From NCBI RefSeq assembly GCF_009914755.1, contig NC_060927.1: a stretch of 64,000 bases of DNA, one strand, 5' to 3'. Of this stretch, positions 14,152 to 59,182 are shown piece by piece. A program made the position numbers and the translations under genes. Within the stretch, counting starts at the first letter, position 1; the number at the start of each line of letters is the position of its first letter. Origin of the DNA: the human T2T-CHM13v2.0 reference genome, Homo sapiens. Under the pieces are notes generated by a model that worked only from the letters and a program-made list of their open reading frames with translations, was not told where the DNA came from and ran no database searches.

Positions 14152-15168
14152 AAACCCTGTCATTGGCAGCATCGTGGATGGATCTGGATATATCTTAAGT
14201 GAACTAAGCCAGGCACAACAAGACAAATATATATTCTCACTTATATGTGGAAACTAAAATATTTTATTTTATGGCAGTAGAGAGATAGATAACAGAGACT
14301 GGGAGGGGTGAGTAGGGAGCTGGGGTGGGTGGGTGAAGAGAACTGGGTTAAAGGGTACAAACATACAGATAGAATAAACTCAATGTCTGATAGCTGAGTA
14401 GGGTGACTATATTTAAGAATAATGTATTGATCTTGGGTGATGGATACCTAAATGCCATTACTTGAACAATACACATTATATACATGCAACAAAATTTCTC
14501 ATGTCCTCCATGAATTTGTACAAAAATACCTGTAAAAATCAAATTAAACTAAAATCCTTGACTGATAATCCCATTATCTCTGTCACTTCTGTATCTGTTC
14601 CTATTGAATGATTTTTCTGCTTCTTTTGGGTCACATTTTCCTGCTTCTTCCTATGCTTAGTAATTCTTTTATTAGATGTGGGCATTTAAAATATTTTTTT
14701 ACTGAGTGTCAGATTGATAGAATTTCTTTAAAAAGTGATGGTTCCTCTGGTGGGTAGTTAAATTAACTTATAGATCAAGTTGATCATGTCAAGGCTTGTT
14801 CCTTTAGCTTAGTATTGAGGTTTACAATAGCCTTTATTATCTAGGGCTGGTTTAGCTCCACTATGGAGTGACTCTCTGGGTCTCTACTGAATGTTCTGAG
14901 TTTTCCATGAAGACTCCAATTTTGCTGGGTGGAGCTAAACATTTCCCCATCCTGTGTGAATTCTTGGAGGTTCTCAGGTATGTCATATACCCTGTTGTAT
15001 CCTGCTCCCTCTTGCGCAGAGGCTCGCCAACACAGCTTTTGTTGCTATTAGTAGTTTGTCTCTATTTGCTTGTATTTTGATGTTTTGAGGGAAATCCTGT
15101 CACCTGGTTTTTCAGTGAGTGCACTTGGATGGTCTGGTTTTTTCCATACAGTTGCTCTGTGTTTTTCA

Positions 15169-15633
<465 letters not shown>

Positions 15634-17026
15634 TTACTCTGTGTTTTCATGTGAAGATTTTGAAAGATTCAAAAACAATGCAGCCAACAACCTAACCATC
15701 ATCTTCCCAGTCTGGTAGAAGTTTTAAGGGCCAGCATTTACCATGCTCTCTTTCCCTTGTCTCTCCAATAGTAGAAGCATGTATCAAAAGGTAGCCCTCT
15801 TAGTCTGTGTCCCTGAGTTATTACAATGAGTAGAGCTTGTTTGTTGACCTCCAATGGATATGTATCACGAGAAAGATATAAATTTTGTTATTTTAAGCCA
15901 TTAAGGTTTTGGGATTTTTCCATTAGCACAGCATAATCTAATCTCTCTTGAGAGATAGTGTTAGCTTTCTACCCAAGCCAATTCATTTTTTTGACCTCAA
16001 GTAACCACCATTAAGTTAAGAGAAAGGGGTGGGGAAAGTACGAGGTCTAGGAAGAAAATAAATAAGGCAAAGAAATAAAGCACTTTGAGAACTGTGTCTA
16101 GGAAATAACAGATAGCTTATTAAGTCTTGGGGGAACTGTATTACCAAAGAAAGTATACACTGCCCACCCCTCCCCCAACAATTATACACTGTGAATGGTA
16201 CTCTCATAAAATTGTTTAATTTCGTATTGCTATGCCTAAATTACCCACTACAGTGAATGTCTAACCAGGGCCTCTCAGAAACTGAGAGAGGGTGAGGCCA
16301 CTTATATTTTCTCAAATGAAGAAATTCCCAAATAACATTATAAAAACTGTGGTTACTTTCAAAGTTTATCTTGCTAAATGAATGTATTTAATCCCTTAAT
16401 AGAATTCATTATAATTATATAGATGCCAAGTCTTATTACAATGCTATAGTTTTCCATCTTCTTCCATAGCTTGATACTAAAGAATGTCATGTTCAACTGA
16501 TTCTTCTCAATTCCTTGGTTTCTGGTCTTGATTGTTGAAGGGTGGGGAAGCCAGGGAATAGTGGTCCTAACACACTGAATGCCTTAATGGCAGAATTCAC
16601 TGCCATAAATTCTACAGCAGACATTTGGGGTTTCAGATTTTTTTTGCCTTTCAGTTTTTGGTCACCCGATGTCTGATACCAAATGTGATATTTAGCAATC
16701 TTGTAGTCGTTCAAAAGAACAGAAAACCCAAATAGAACTCGTTTTTCAAATATCCATTATCACCTTTCTCAACCAGCCTAGTATTTGCTTGATGAGCTCA
16801 TGATCAAAATGATGGCAGGGAATCACTTTGGTTACTATATGGAAGATTTATTTAAGGCAAGAATGAATTCAGAGGACCAGTTAAGCTCCCTTCTGGTTCA
16901 CTGCTATTGCAACAGTCCAGATATAAGACAATGTTGCAGTAGTGTACATGGAAAAAAGTAGTCGGATGGTGGATACACTTTTGAGGCTATTTTGCTGATG
17001 GACTGTATATGGGAGGAATCAAGTAT

Positions 17027-17759
<733 letters not shown>

Positions 17760-18514
17760 GTAGGACTCATAAGGTTCTGATTTGAGCAATGGTGTAGCTG
17801 CTTATGCCATTGATTCAGACAGGGAAAACTGGGGAGGAGATTTACGGGGAAAATGAGGACTTCTGCTTTGGCTAGGTCAAATTTGAGACGCCTGATAGGC
17901 TACCAACTGCAGTTGTCAAGTAAGCAGTTGGATATAAATTTGGGGTTCCCAGACAGGTCAGAGTGGAAGACACAGATATTTGGGCAGCTTGGACCACTCT
18001 GAGTCCTTATTATGATACCTGACCTGGTATGGAGTAGAAGAGAGGAACCAGCCAATCTAATTTTTGGCACATGGATAAAAGTCGATACCTTTCAGTCCAT
18101 ATTGGAATGGAGATAACGATTTATACTCCCTAGAAAAGACACTTAAACTGGATATGGAATTACTTCCGTTATCACAGTCTATCACTGTGGCCTCCTGTGT
18201 TATTACCAGATACCTTATACACAGCTAGGGTGTCCCATACAACACTGCTTCTTGCTTGGCACACAGTCGCATAGTATTCAATCCTGTGTTAAATGGCTTA
18301 GATAATAAGTCACCTGTAGGGATTATAGCAAGCAGGGACCATCATTTTCACATAGAATTTCCCAGGACTGGAAGGGACTTTTAAAGACCCAGAAATCTTT
18401 CTGGGCAGTGCCTCCAAAGTGTGGCCCCTGAGGTGTTACTGCTGCTCTGGTGACCGGGGGTAGTTGACCCTATTTCAATGTCAATCAGAACAATATACAT
18501 TCCTTTATAAACTT

Positions 18515-18809
18515 GTTTTTTTTTTGAGAGAGAGTCTCACTCTGTCACCTAGGATGGAGTGCAGTGGTGCAATCTCAGCTCACTGCAACCTCCGCCTCCC
18601 TCCTGTGTTCAAGCGATTCTCCTGCCTCAGCCTCCTACCGAGTAGTTGGAATTACAGGTGTGTGTCACCATGCCCAGCTAATTTTTGTATTATTTAGTAG
18701 AGACAGGTTTTTGCCATGTTGGTCAGGCTGGTCTCGAACTCCTGACCTCAAGAGCCTCCTGGGCCTCTAAAAGTGCTGGAATTACAGGTTTGAGCCACCT
18801 CGCCCCGCC
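18515..18809 (-). mobile_element. AluSx-like
   Basis: Reverse Alu with internal deletion in the left arm. Confidence 0.85.
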
Positions 18810-20399
18810 TATACTGAACATTTACATAATATTTTGTTTGACTAGGTTTCTGCCATTAAGAAGATGCAAAACCCTGAGGGAGTGTACCTCTTCACTTTGC
18901 ATATGGGAAAACTGAGGCTCAGAGAAGTGAAATGACTGAGACCTCCAGGTGCCACCTCCCTTTCAGCTGCTCCTGCCCTGCTCCAAGCAAGGATGTGCCA
19001 AGTCAAGAGAAGACAGAGGACAATTAATGTTATCTGAGGATCTCGGAGCCTCATCCCTGAGCTATGATGGTCTTTCCCTCCTTAGTTGGGAGCCCCATCA
19101 CGTTCCTCCGAAGCTCTAGTTGTGTGATAAGGAGGGTGGAATCTGAGACAGAGAACGATGGCCCTCCAAGGAGGGAGTTCGGGGTGAGGAAAACAGCAAA
19201 ACCATGTGCTAGACAAGATCTTCAACTGCAGGGCTCTGGAGGCAACTGGGAAGTTTTGAAAGTGCAGATTGAAGCTCAGGGCCGCTGTGGGTGGCGCAGG
19301 AACTGCAGAAGACAAGATAGGATTAGGGAGGGCCAGCAGGTTGCCAGAGGCCCTTTTCCACCTGCTGGGCTTAGAGGGGCGGGACTCTGCCCGCTCCCTC
19401 ACTTGGTTGGGTTTAAATGACCACTCCCCGCCCTAGCTGTGCCTTTGAGTGTGTGGCAAGGGATTGCAGACGGGAGACTGCTTGTCAATTCAGGGAAGTC
19501 AGCCTCTTTCTGCCACTTAATTCGCCCATCAGTAGAGATCCGACTTTCCCACGGTTCACTGTCACCCCCATTGCACAGGTGGGGAATCCAAGGCACAGAG
19601 GCGTCTGGGCCAGAGTCCCGGGACTATCCACTCATTCCGGGGTTGTAGGGCAGCATGTGTCAGGAGCTTGGGCTCGAGCGTGCGGGGCACTAATTGCGAG
19701 TGCAGTGGCCACAGGCTCCCGGGCAAAGTGGTCAGGAGCCCATTCCCGCCACCTCCGTCCGCGCGCCCCGCCCTGTCCTCCAGCAAGTTGGTGCACGCGC
19801 GTCCTCCCACAGGGCGCGGGATGGGGGCGGGGCCTCCGTGTTGTTGTTTCTCTGGGGCCCCGCCCCTCAGGGGGGCGCGGACCACGCGGCCGGAGGGCCC
19901 GCCTCCCCTCCCCCTCCCCGCCCAGCCCGCCCGCCTCTTTGTATCCAACATCCGGGTTTCCCCGCTGGCTCGGCTCCGTGGCCGCCGCTCAGGAGCCATT
20001 TTGGACTCGGTTCAGCTCCCCTCCCCCCCACCCCTCCCCCCGTTCATGGCCCCTCCGGACTCGGCCCCTGCGCCCGGGGCCCGGGCCCAGCCCCGCCGCG
20101 CTATGCCTGAGTCGGGCGCGCCCCGGCCCGTGCCCCGCCGCCGCCCCCCGGCCCCCGCGTCGCCCCGGAGCCCGGGCCGCAGCCTGCGCCGCCCGCAGCG
20201 GCCCTGAGCCCGGCCCCGCCGACCGGCCCTTGGAGCCCGAACGCTGCTCGGGGACGAAGGCGCAGGAAGCGCGCAGGGAACGAGACCGAAGGAAGGAGCG
20301 GGAAGGAGAGCGCAGCCGCCGCCTGGCCCTGCGCGCCCCGGGAGCGCCGTGCGGCCCTGCCCGCGGGCTCCGGGTGTGCGCGGGGCGGCGCCGCGGAAC

Positions 20400-49416
<29,017 letters not shown>

Positions 49417-49546
49417 GCCCAGGACATGAGTGTCTGTCCAGACTCAGTGGATCTGAAGAAAAAAGGAAAAAAAGTTGTGTTTTGTTTTGGAAATCCCATA
49501 AAACCAACAAACACATAAAATGCAGCTGCTATTTTACCTTGACTTT

Positions 49547-49592
49547 TTATTATTATTATTATAATTATTATAATTATTATTATTAATATTAT
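49547..49592. repeat. (ATT)n / AT-rich simple repeat
   Basis: TTATTATTATTATTATAATTATTATAATTATTATTATTAATATTAT. Confidence 0.9.
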
Positions 49593-52500
49593 TTTTTGGA
49601 TTGGATCAGTTTTTACCAGCATATTGCTCTACTGTATCACAAACAGCGGACACGTCAGCAGGCGTTGAGGTGCTGAGCTGTGGATGCAGAACCAGCGCCA
49701 TGCTGAAGAGCCTCAGCCACCTCCTGTCCTTTGGGATTCGTTTTTCCCGCTTTCTCTTTGTTTGTCGTCTCAGAATCTGTGACACAAAGAAACCCATCTC
49801 CTGTCTTAGGAAACCTAATGCTGCAAACTCTACCTAGAGGAACCTTTGAAGACTGTTACATAAGAACATACCTTCCTCAGAAGAGGAGTTTCCTCTGCCC
49901 TCTGCCCTTCTCCCCTGCCTCCCTCCCTCCCCTCCTTTTATTTTGTTTTAGTGAGCTTAAGAAACAGCAGATGTGTCTTTCACGGATCTAACGGGTGTTG
50001 TCCTGATCGAGAAAAAAACTGGGATGAGAATGGTTTGGACTGGAGTTGGAAGGGGAGGACGGTACTGGGGGTAGGGTTTGGAACAGAGCTACACTGGACT
50101 CGGGCACATTCGGAGCAGCATCCTTTAGTATGGAGGCTACTTCTCAGGTAACCAGGAATCGAGGGGAAGGACCTTGTGGAGGCCGAGCATTAACAGCAAG
50201 AGCGGGGTTTGGAGAAAGTCTGAGATTGGGTGCAGCCCTGACTTACCTGCTGGCCCTGACCAGTTTCTTTTCACTAACTTGGCCTTGGGCATAGGATGAA
50301 ACATTTTTTCTGCCCTAATTTTAAAATTAGGTGAGGGTAGAATCATCACAGGTTAGGAATACATTCTTCATAAGACACGATGCTGTAAATACCCTTAATG
50401 GACGAAAAGTTGAAATACTTTTGTTTCCTCTTGGAGCAGTTCAGGGAAATGCCCACCGGGGATTGTCCTGCACAGATAGGGCAAGAGGATTTCCTGGGTG
50501 GAGTCTGCCAAGGCCTGCCTCGCTGGGGACCCCAGAGTCCTGCACCTCTGGTTCCGCCCCAGGTGGTGACATTACTGTCCCCGTTCTGTGGCTCGTGGAC
50601 AAGACTTTCTCCAGACCCCTTAAAGTGGTACATATTCTAAAAAACTGTTTTTCTATTATGCCATAACCTTGCTCTAGTCAGTGAATGTTCCTAATGCTGC
50701 TGTTTCAACATTTGAATTCTTTTTAATTTATGAAACATGCTAAATTTTTTTTTTCAAACAACACACACATCCACATATACACATGCTTCGCTATGTGGCT
50801 TCCAAGGTTTAAATTTTGAAAAGTAAAAGAATTAAAACTTCACGACCACAGATCACCTCAAACCAGAAATACCTCAGAATTTTCTACTTATGTAAGGTTT
50901 ATTATATATTTTGTTAGTTGTGTTGTCTTGTAGTAAGTATATTTTAATGTAAGTTGGCTTTTGTGACAAGGAAGTTTAAAAGAAATAGAGAAAAAGAAAA
51001 AAGTTTGCATCTTCTAGGGAGTGCTACCATTTTTGTTTGATAACGCCCCCTTGTAAATAATTGTCATCAACTGTAGGTTGGCTGTCTGGGCCAAGTCTGG
51101 GCATTTATCAGTCTTGTTTGTGAAGGCTTTTCCTTCTGGTTTCTTTAGATCATTTTATTTAAAAACAGTGCATCTCTTCATCGTGAGGGTAGGCAAGGCG
51201 GGGGCCGTGGGGAGAGGTTGACCTGGGTGAGAACTGAAGAGGCCGCCTCCTCTTGGGTTGTTTGGAGCTTCACATGTAATTCACATGTAACATGTAACTT
51301 GATCGGTCAGTGTTCAGAATGACAAGTAACCCCGCTTAAACTTGGTAGAAGGATGGCCCTTAGACCTGAATGGGGTGATTTTACTTGGGATTTAACTTCT
51401 TCAGCAAATTAACAGCAACGTTGGAAGAGATCTGTGGCGCCTCTGTGAAGCACACCGTGACTCAGGCCAGTCTTTTAGTGCAGCGTGTCTGGGAGTGAAG
51501 GGTTTTGCCCTTGCTGGTCTTGGAGTCCACAGTGTGAGGGGCACTGCACATGCCTGGGCATCTACCTAGTGTGCTATGTTCAGTGTCTGGGGCTTACTGC
51601 CCCGGGGTCCTTTCCTCTGGGTGTTGGGGCACAGGGTGCTATGGGAGGCCCATTTGCTTCCCTCTCGGAGCTCAGTTTTTGCTTCATGGGTCAAAATGTG
51701 GGCTGGCCAAGTGGTTACAGGAACAGGGTTTCGGTAAGCTATGTTGTCTTTTTTTTTTTTTTTTTTTTTTTTAATGGTTTGATTTTGTGCTGTGGTATTT
51801 TTCTTCCCTTAGAATAATTTTTAATGGCAAAACAGGCCTTACAGCAGTTGCTTTTCTTTACCATTTATTTCTTTAAGAAGCTTTAAAATATTTATTGAAA
51901 AGTGCCATATCTAATTTCTTTAGCTTTCGCCTCAGGCAGTGCAGGCATCTTTACTTTTCATCCTCAGAAGAAACAAACGACTAACAAATGTAGCAAATTT
52001 ACTGCAGGAATAGTTAGGTCATGATACTACCTGAACACTAAACCCCAGCCTCTTTGTTTGGTTTTAGTTCCTCTGGGTGGTTTTTCTTTTGTGTGCTGGC
52101 TTGATTCTTGTGAGAAGTTTTGACCTGGCCAAGGGAGGGTTGAGCCATGGTTCTGGTGTGGGACTTTGCGGTCAAGACACAGTACAGACAGGTCAGGCCT
52201 GCGTGCCTTTTCTCTGGGTGGCCTCCCCGTTAGGCCCACCGTACGCTCAGCCACTATAGTGTCCCTGTGGGGCCTTGCCATCAGATTGTGTGTCAGGAGA
52301 TGGTACCTTTTTGGTGTGGCTGGGGAGGAGTGTGGTCCATGCCAGTTCTTTGGGCTTCAGGCCACTCTTCCCCTCATGCTGTGGTGTAAAGTGCACCCAT
52401 CAGGTGGTATATCTGGTTCTGATGGCAAGAAGAAGGTGGGGGATCTCCTTATAGGGCATGGGTCTAGGAGCACAGATGGGCCTTTTGCCCCGGGTAAATG

Positions 52501-55500
52501 TTTGTCTGTTTGCTGTCATGTGTTCTTTGAGGAGTGAGCCATCTCGAGCCCTGCTTTGAATTTACTGGGTCATAGAGCCTCTGCCTGTGCTCTTTTCCAT
52601 AATGACTTCATGTGACATGCACTTTTGGTGGGCTCAGATAATTGGTTTCTTTTTGTTTTTGACCTCAGGCTCTGTGGCAGACTGGGGAAAATGGGGCCTG
52701 GCATCATTTTCCCTGTCAATGGGAGGGGCTGTTCCATGCAGGGTGGGAGGGGACCAAGTTAGCAGAGAGTAGCCAAGGATCCTTGCTTCTTCCTTTCTAG
52801 TGTGCTGTCATCCAAGCAGGCTCCTGGCTGTAGGGATGGGCCTTGGGGAAGAATCTTCTTTGAAAGCATCTATGATAACTGAGAAGTCATCCCTAGTTGG
52901 AGAAATCCAGTAATGAGCAGAAGGAGGAAGCAAGTGAGGACAGAGGCCATTGTATTACAGTGTCACGCAGAGGGCCCTCAATGATGGGGCATTGGGGAAG
53001 GCTGTAGACATAGTCATCAGAACATCCTGGCCTGGCATAAGCTGGGTTTTCTCCTGGGACCATTGGTCCTCAGCAGGAGTTCTTTGCATGAGTTGCTCAG
53101 GGGCAAGGGCTGCAAGTGGGCTGTTCTTAGGAGAAAGTGACACCTGGCAGTGAGGGAAGATGGTGAGCATTATTAGCCTTTGTTGTCCAGCATGGCCTTC
53201 TTGTCCTGTCTGCTCTGGAGAGGAGCCTGTGGGACCAGTCCTGCCTGGGGAGGGCATACCCACACGTGCCAGCTGATTCTGACTCTGAATACATCATGTC
53301 CGGACTTGGGGGTGTTTCTGCAGAAAAAGGAGGTTGTTTTTCAGCCTTGAACATCTTCAGGAGGATAGAGACTCTTGCTCACATATTCTTAGCAAAGGGA
53401 AGGGTCTCTCATCTCCAGGCCACAGAGATAGTTCTTCCATTGCCCTAAGAGGCTAGGCTAACCCTCTTGACATAACTTAGACAGCAAAGCACTTCATCCT
53501 GTAGTTGGGCTCTGTCACCTTTCTCTTCAGTTGGCCACATTCTCGTTTCCTCCATCCTGCTATGCTTTGTGTGCTCGGGCTGTGTGTGGGGTTTTTCCCT
53601 GGTGGAAGGAAGCCCAGCTGTGTATTGAATGTCCTTCATGTGTTGTGTGTGGCTCAGAAAGCCTGTCACTTGGCCCCTGTGCTCTGAGCCGTGAGGGTGG
53701 GGAGGTGGCTGTTCCATTAAAGTGGGAGTATTGGATGGCCCTCTTGAAACTAGAATTTTGCCTTTTTTAGTATGCAGTATAAAGTTTCCAGCATCTATTG
53801 GTAACACAAAGATTTGCTGGTTTTTAAAATAATACAGTAAGCATAAGTATGTAAGTTTTTAGAATTGGTACTAGAAGTTGGACAGCTAGTTATTCTCGAG
53901 AACTTTATTTCACTAGAAAAATATACTAATTGGAAAGCAGTTTCCAGGAGTTAACTCAGTTTAATTTTCAGTCTCAGTTATTTTAGCCTGTTGAGTTTTT
54001 GATGGCACACCTTTGGAGAGATGGCCAGGCCTGATTCCCATTTCAGGGGCATCAGACCATACCTTTTTAAGAAGCTCCGTGAATCTAGTCATCTACCCTT
54101 CATCCTGGGCGAACAGCCAAAAAGAGAAGGGGACAAGGTGTCTTTTTCTCCTTCTCACTGGGGTGACATGAATTCTTTTAGTTAATGGCTGTTTGCAAAT
54201 TCTAAACTAATGAAATACTTAGCAGCTAACATGTTCAATCTAGTAATGATGAGTTTAAATCTCAATTGACAGTAATGTTTTAGATAAACAGGCCCAGTAA
54301 TTCAGTTGATGAACTGTATATCTTCTCAGTCTAGATTTGTAAATGTTTAATGAATTCAGGGTTATAAGCATAGTTCTTTAAGTAAGATTCCAGATAGTTG
54401 ATTTGTAACCAGTAGTCTACCTATGAATGTATCCCAAACCTTTAGAAGATTGGAAAAGATTTTTGAAATAATGATTTAGTTTTGTAGGAAAAACACCCCC
54501 TTGAAAATTAATTCGGTTGACCCAGTAACATTTTTTAAAACAATTGGTGGCTCCAAAAGGCCTGCCAACAAAGAAAAGTCCAAATTATCTAGTGGGACAT
54601 TTTGAATGTTTTATGTTTATTTTGGGTCCACTGTAAACTTTGGTTCAAAAAAGAATTTGAATTTAAAGAATTTACCATTATTTAAATTATTACCAAGTTT
54701 TTACATTTTCATGATGGTATTTTCCAGGTATGAATGAAACATGACTTTTTGATTGTGGTACTTCCTGTATCCCCTGTAGTGCCAAAACCAGTGATACTTT
54801 ATTTGCTCCTATGGCAGCTCATAGAGGTAACCGAAGTGATTTTTCCTCAGTAATTGAAACACATATTCTCTAAATGCCAATGTGTGGTGATGGGCCCTGC
54901 ACTGCCTTCATTTCTCTAGGGCAGTGTCTTTGGATTGTCTAGGGCCTAGGTAATTCTGAGAACTACTGTAAACCAACCACAGGGCACTAAAGCAATGTAC
55001 ACACCACTCTTTGTGTGTATGGAAGGGGTTATATAAACCTGGGCTATGCTGGACATCTACAGAAGAGTATTACATTCACTTGCAAAGTTTACATTTTTGA
55101 GCTCACAGTTATGAAAAATATGACCCACAAGTTTTTCAGGCAGGTGAGGATGGGTCTTCTTGCAAATGCATGAGTTCTGTCTTGAGTCCTGGGAACTTCT
55201 CTGTTGGTTGAGTGTGGGCTCATTCCCTGACTCTCCTAATCATGTTTGCGTCAGAATGTTAGCATTGTAAATAAAAGAATAGGTTGTATAATAGATACAC
55301 AACACTTGAAACTTTACTTTAAAAAAATCGATAGTTCTACATATATATTTAGTTATATCACTTGACAGATTTCTTCTACACAGTGTGGAGATTGTTTTAT
55401 ACCACAGATTATTTTTATAAAGTTAGTGAATTTGAATGATTTTGTAATCAGAGCTAATGAGCTTTACCTTTCAAGAGAAACGTACACTGGAGCATGAGTG

Positions 55501-58500
55501 GTGTGGAACTTTTACTTAGTGTTTATATGGATTCTTGTGATACACTGGCAGACTGGAGTCAATTTGCGGGTCTTTTTTGGCCAAAACTCCACTTGTGGTT
55601 GTGTAGGACAGTGATATTCAGCTCAGCTTCTTGTGGATTGGGAGGAGAGAGGGCCTGCAATGTGTTTTACATTGGTGCTTCCTCCTGAGATTTCTGTTGA
55701 ACAAAGGGTTCTGAGGTCAAAAATTAGTTTGTAAGCCTTTGCCATAGGACATAGTCATGTGAGAGTGTTTGGGGGAACAGAAATTGTATAGGGGTGCCGA
55801 TTGGGGTGGGATGGGACTCGAATAAGATTCAGGTACAAAAACTTTGAAATGAGAATCTGGTGGTTTGAGTAATCCACCAGACTGAATTATCTAAGATCAC
55901 ATTATCCAGGTTGGGGGGCAGAATTACCCAGTTAAGTAATTGTTCAGAAAAGTGGGGAGGGTGGCATGTGGATGCAGTGATCCAATTAAATGGAGAGCTG
56001 CCAGGCACATTTTGTCCTCTCTGGTCAGTGAGAATGGTTGGGTTGGCTCGCTGCTTCAATCTGTGGAATCAGCCAGGAGCCCAGTGAGGAAGCTCAGAAC
56101 CCCAGTAACAGCAGAGCATCTTTCAGATAGCTCCAGAGTTTTCCTGCTTTTCTGAGGAAGCTCAGCATCACTGCCACAATACGGAAAGTGGTCTTCATTT
56201 TAGCCTATTTATTTTTAGGCAGAGAGTGGATGGTTATTTGTGTGGGACTTTTGGTGGCGATATATAATGAATAATTAAGTTAATTTCTGGTATGCATAAT
56301 GGCCAGTCCTGAGGCCCAGCTGAAGACCTGTCCCCCAGACCCTGCCCGCTGGCTTCAGGCTGCTGCTTCTAGACAGAGGTGCACTGGACGGGATAGTTTT
56401 ATCAAGAGAATCCCTAATGTGTCATTTTAAACCAGCTGTGCTTTTTATTCATTCTGGTTGAGCGTATAGGTTTACACTTTACCCTTTTTATACTTGGAAT
56501 AAATTTAGTTCCAGCAGATCTAGTAGCACTCCAGAAACCAACCCCATCTGTTCCCCATAAAAAGAACATTTTCTCTGCTCTCCAGCCACGTGTCTTGGAA
56601 TGTAATTCTGTTGTGCCTTTGTTTTTATCACTCTCTTCGCCCCAAAAGCAACTGCTGTAAGCTTTTTTCTACTTGTCTTTTCTAGTCCCCAACCTCTACC
56701 TTTTTCCTTTTTCCCAGCCCTAATTTCTGGATGCACTTCTGTGATCCAGGTATTTTAAGAACCAGTTACCTCAGACCTCATGTTGAACAGTGTCGCCATC
56801 TGGGTCCTCTTGATACTGCAGACTTTTAACGTACACATGCAGGAACCCTGCTGAGCGTGGGCACTTGTTTTAAAGCAAAACTCTTCCCAAGGACTGAAGA
56901 AAGGGCTTCTGGCAAGCTCGTCATGGCATTGTGGTGGGATGGGTCTAGAGTGTCATCTGAATGGTGCTTCCTGTGTTCCTCTTTGAATTCTGCCATTTTC
57001 AGTATTCTTGTGTGTCTGAATAGGCAAAGCGATTTAATTGGCTGGTCTTGCACGCAAATTAGTTCCAAAGATAAGCTCTTTGTAACACATTTCCAGTCAC
57101 TAATGCTCAAATGTAGAACATTCCTTTAAATGGCAGGATAAAAAACCCACTATCCACCATAGTGCATTTTGGGAAGATGTCTGTAGCATATGTTGCTGTG
57201 AAATTAGGCCTTGTGGGATATGGCTGTTTGTCATTTTGATGTATTTTAAATAAATATATATATTTTTTAAAGAGCCTTTTTTACCAGTTCAAAAAGTTTA
57301 ATTAACCAGCAGTCACCGCATCTGAATTTTTGTCTCTGGGGCATAGATGGCAGACCAAGATTAAAAGTGGTAACTCAGCTATACGAGCATGGGCTACCTT
57401 CCTGGGCTCTCCTGCAGTCCTGTAGACCTGCTGTTCCGCAGACCATGGGACACAAGGTCAGTGTGTTCCCAGTGAGGGTCCCAAGTCAGTCATCTTAAGT
57501 GTTTGTTCTCTGCCCCATTCAGTGGACTGTTGACTTCAGTCCCTGCAAGTGCTTTAGCCCGAGTGGGGTTTTCTCAGAGCACTGCCACGAGTTAAGTGTG
57601 TGTTTAGCCAAATAATTTCTCCGTAAGGGAAAAATGCAGTCACCCAAATTTTACCAACAATGACAGAGATGAGAGTAGAAAAGATTAGGCAACATCTGAG
57701 TTTTAACTTGAAAAGTGTCCAAGTCATCATGAAAGGCCGACTGGGAGCAAGTGATTATTAGAGATTCTTCAGGAGACCTCATCTGAAAATGTTAAGACTG
57801 CCAGTGAGGGAAGGAATTGTTAAAATGCCAGCGGCTTTTTTTTCCTCTTTTTTTCTGTAATTCTGTAAAAATGCAGAGAAAGTTGAGTGGTACTTCAGAA
57901 TTGAGGGAGAGGGTTACCGCAGCGTAGAAATATATTTCTAGATTTCAGTTCCACACCACAAATCCACAACAATGCCATTTTTCAACTGTACAAAAATCTG
58001 CTTATGAACTGGACATGATCTTAATGGTAGTGTCAAAGGCCAAGTTTTTCACCTGTTAATATTTTTCCACATTTGTCCTTGAATCTGAATAACTTTATAC
58101 AGTACTGTAAATTTAACTTACATCGAGTTTGTTGTCAATTCTTATGAAAAGAGCTTTCTGCATGTAACACATACGGTTAAAGAACACAGCAAAGGACAAA
58201 ATTTGCAGGAACAGTTTTGGAACCAACAGAAAATGTCACCTTTTATTTGCCATCTTATATATATCTATCAGTTTTACCAGCTACTTCTAAATTTGTACAT
58301 TATTTGTAAGGGAAAGAAGGAAAACCCTAAGACTTGTCTAACTTAGTGGAGAATGTGTGTGTTGGGCTTAGGATGGATAGCTAAGTCTTATTGAGCTGTG
58401 TTACCTAACTTGTATATAAAAATTGTAATTAAAAGTTTGGGTTCACCTGTTTCTCACAGTTTAAAATGATGAGTAATTGCAAACTCTGGAAATGTGACTA

Positions 58501-58797
58501 GTATATGATTTAAGGCTGTAGAAGCAAGGAAGCTCTTTCAAGTGCTAAAACTAAAGACTTCTAGTTTTTGGCTCAAATAAGTACTGTTTGTATACCAGGA
58601 TATGTGAGATGTAAATGTAGTAGGTCACTTTTCACCCTTGTAGCTATAAAATAAAAATTTTGTAGAACAGAAATAGCTTGTACTACTGAATTAACAAAAG
58701 TTATACTAAAGTATCATGTTTAAAAAAAAATATATATATATATACAGAGTTAAGCTTGTTGCTGTTACCCTGTCTGGATTTGAAAAGTGTGCTGATT

Positions 58798-58801
58798 TAT
58801 A

Positions 58802-58852
<51 letters not shown>
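58798..58852. repeat. (TA)n(CA)n compound microsatellite in 3' UTR
   Basis: (AT)6 followed by about 18 AC units. Confidence 0.95.
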
Positions 58853-58853
<1 letters not shown>

Positions 58854-59165
58854 CTAAAATGGCCTAAAGCAGACATCCATGTAATTACAGTTGCAAAATG
58901 AAAACATTTTGGAAAGAACATTGTATCATAGTTCATTCATTTGCAGTGGATCTTTGTTCCTTTTTACTGTGGTAATTTTAGAAATGAGTGTCAAGTTTGA
59001 AATTAGATCTGCTAAGTTGGGGTTTTGCTGCTTGAACTCTGCACTGGGTCCTCAAATAAACCGATGTGAATGTAGTTTTTTCCCCCTGTGTGAAGAAGCA
59101 GTTACACCCCAACAATAGGAGGAAAAATCTAGAACTATTTCAAGTTTTATCTTTTTGTATATGAA

Positions 59166-59182
59166 AATAAAATAATAATAAA
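59166..59182 (+). terminator. Distal polyadenylation signals of ACVR2B
   Basis: AATAAA at 59166-59171 and 59177-59182, TGTA upstream, CTTGTCTTTCTT downstream. Confidence 0.8.

Larger units (their letters stand above)
12545..14530 (+). mobile_element. LINE-1 3' portion (ORF2 C-terminus and L1MA-type 3' UTR), continuation of 326-4631
   Basis: Resumes CAACCCTGAGTGAAAAGAACAAAGCTGGAGGCATCAC; ORF 12808-13101 [23 protein letters not shown]; L1MA-like 3' end. Confidence 0.9.

Noticed and set aside
51271-51299. Triplicated ACATGTAA motif in the 3' UTR
   Set aside because: Too short to distinguish from slippage; no function can be supported from sequence alone
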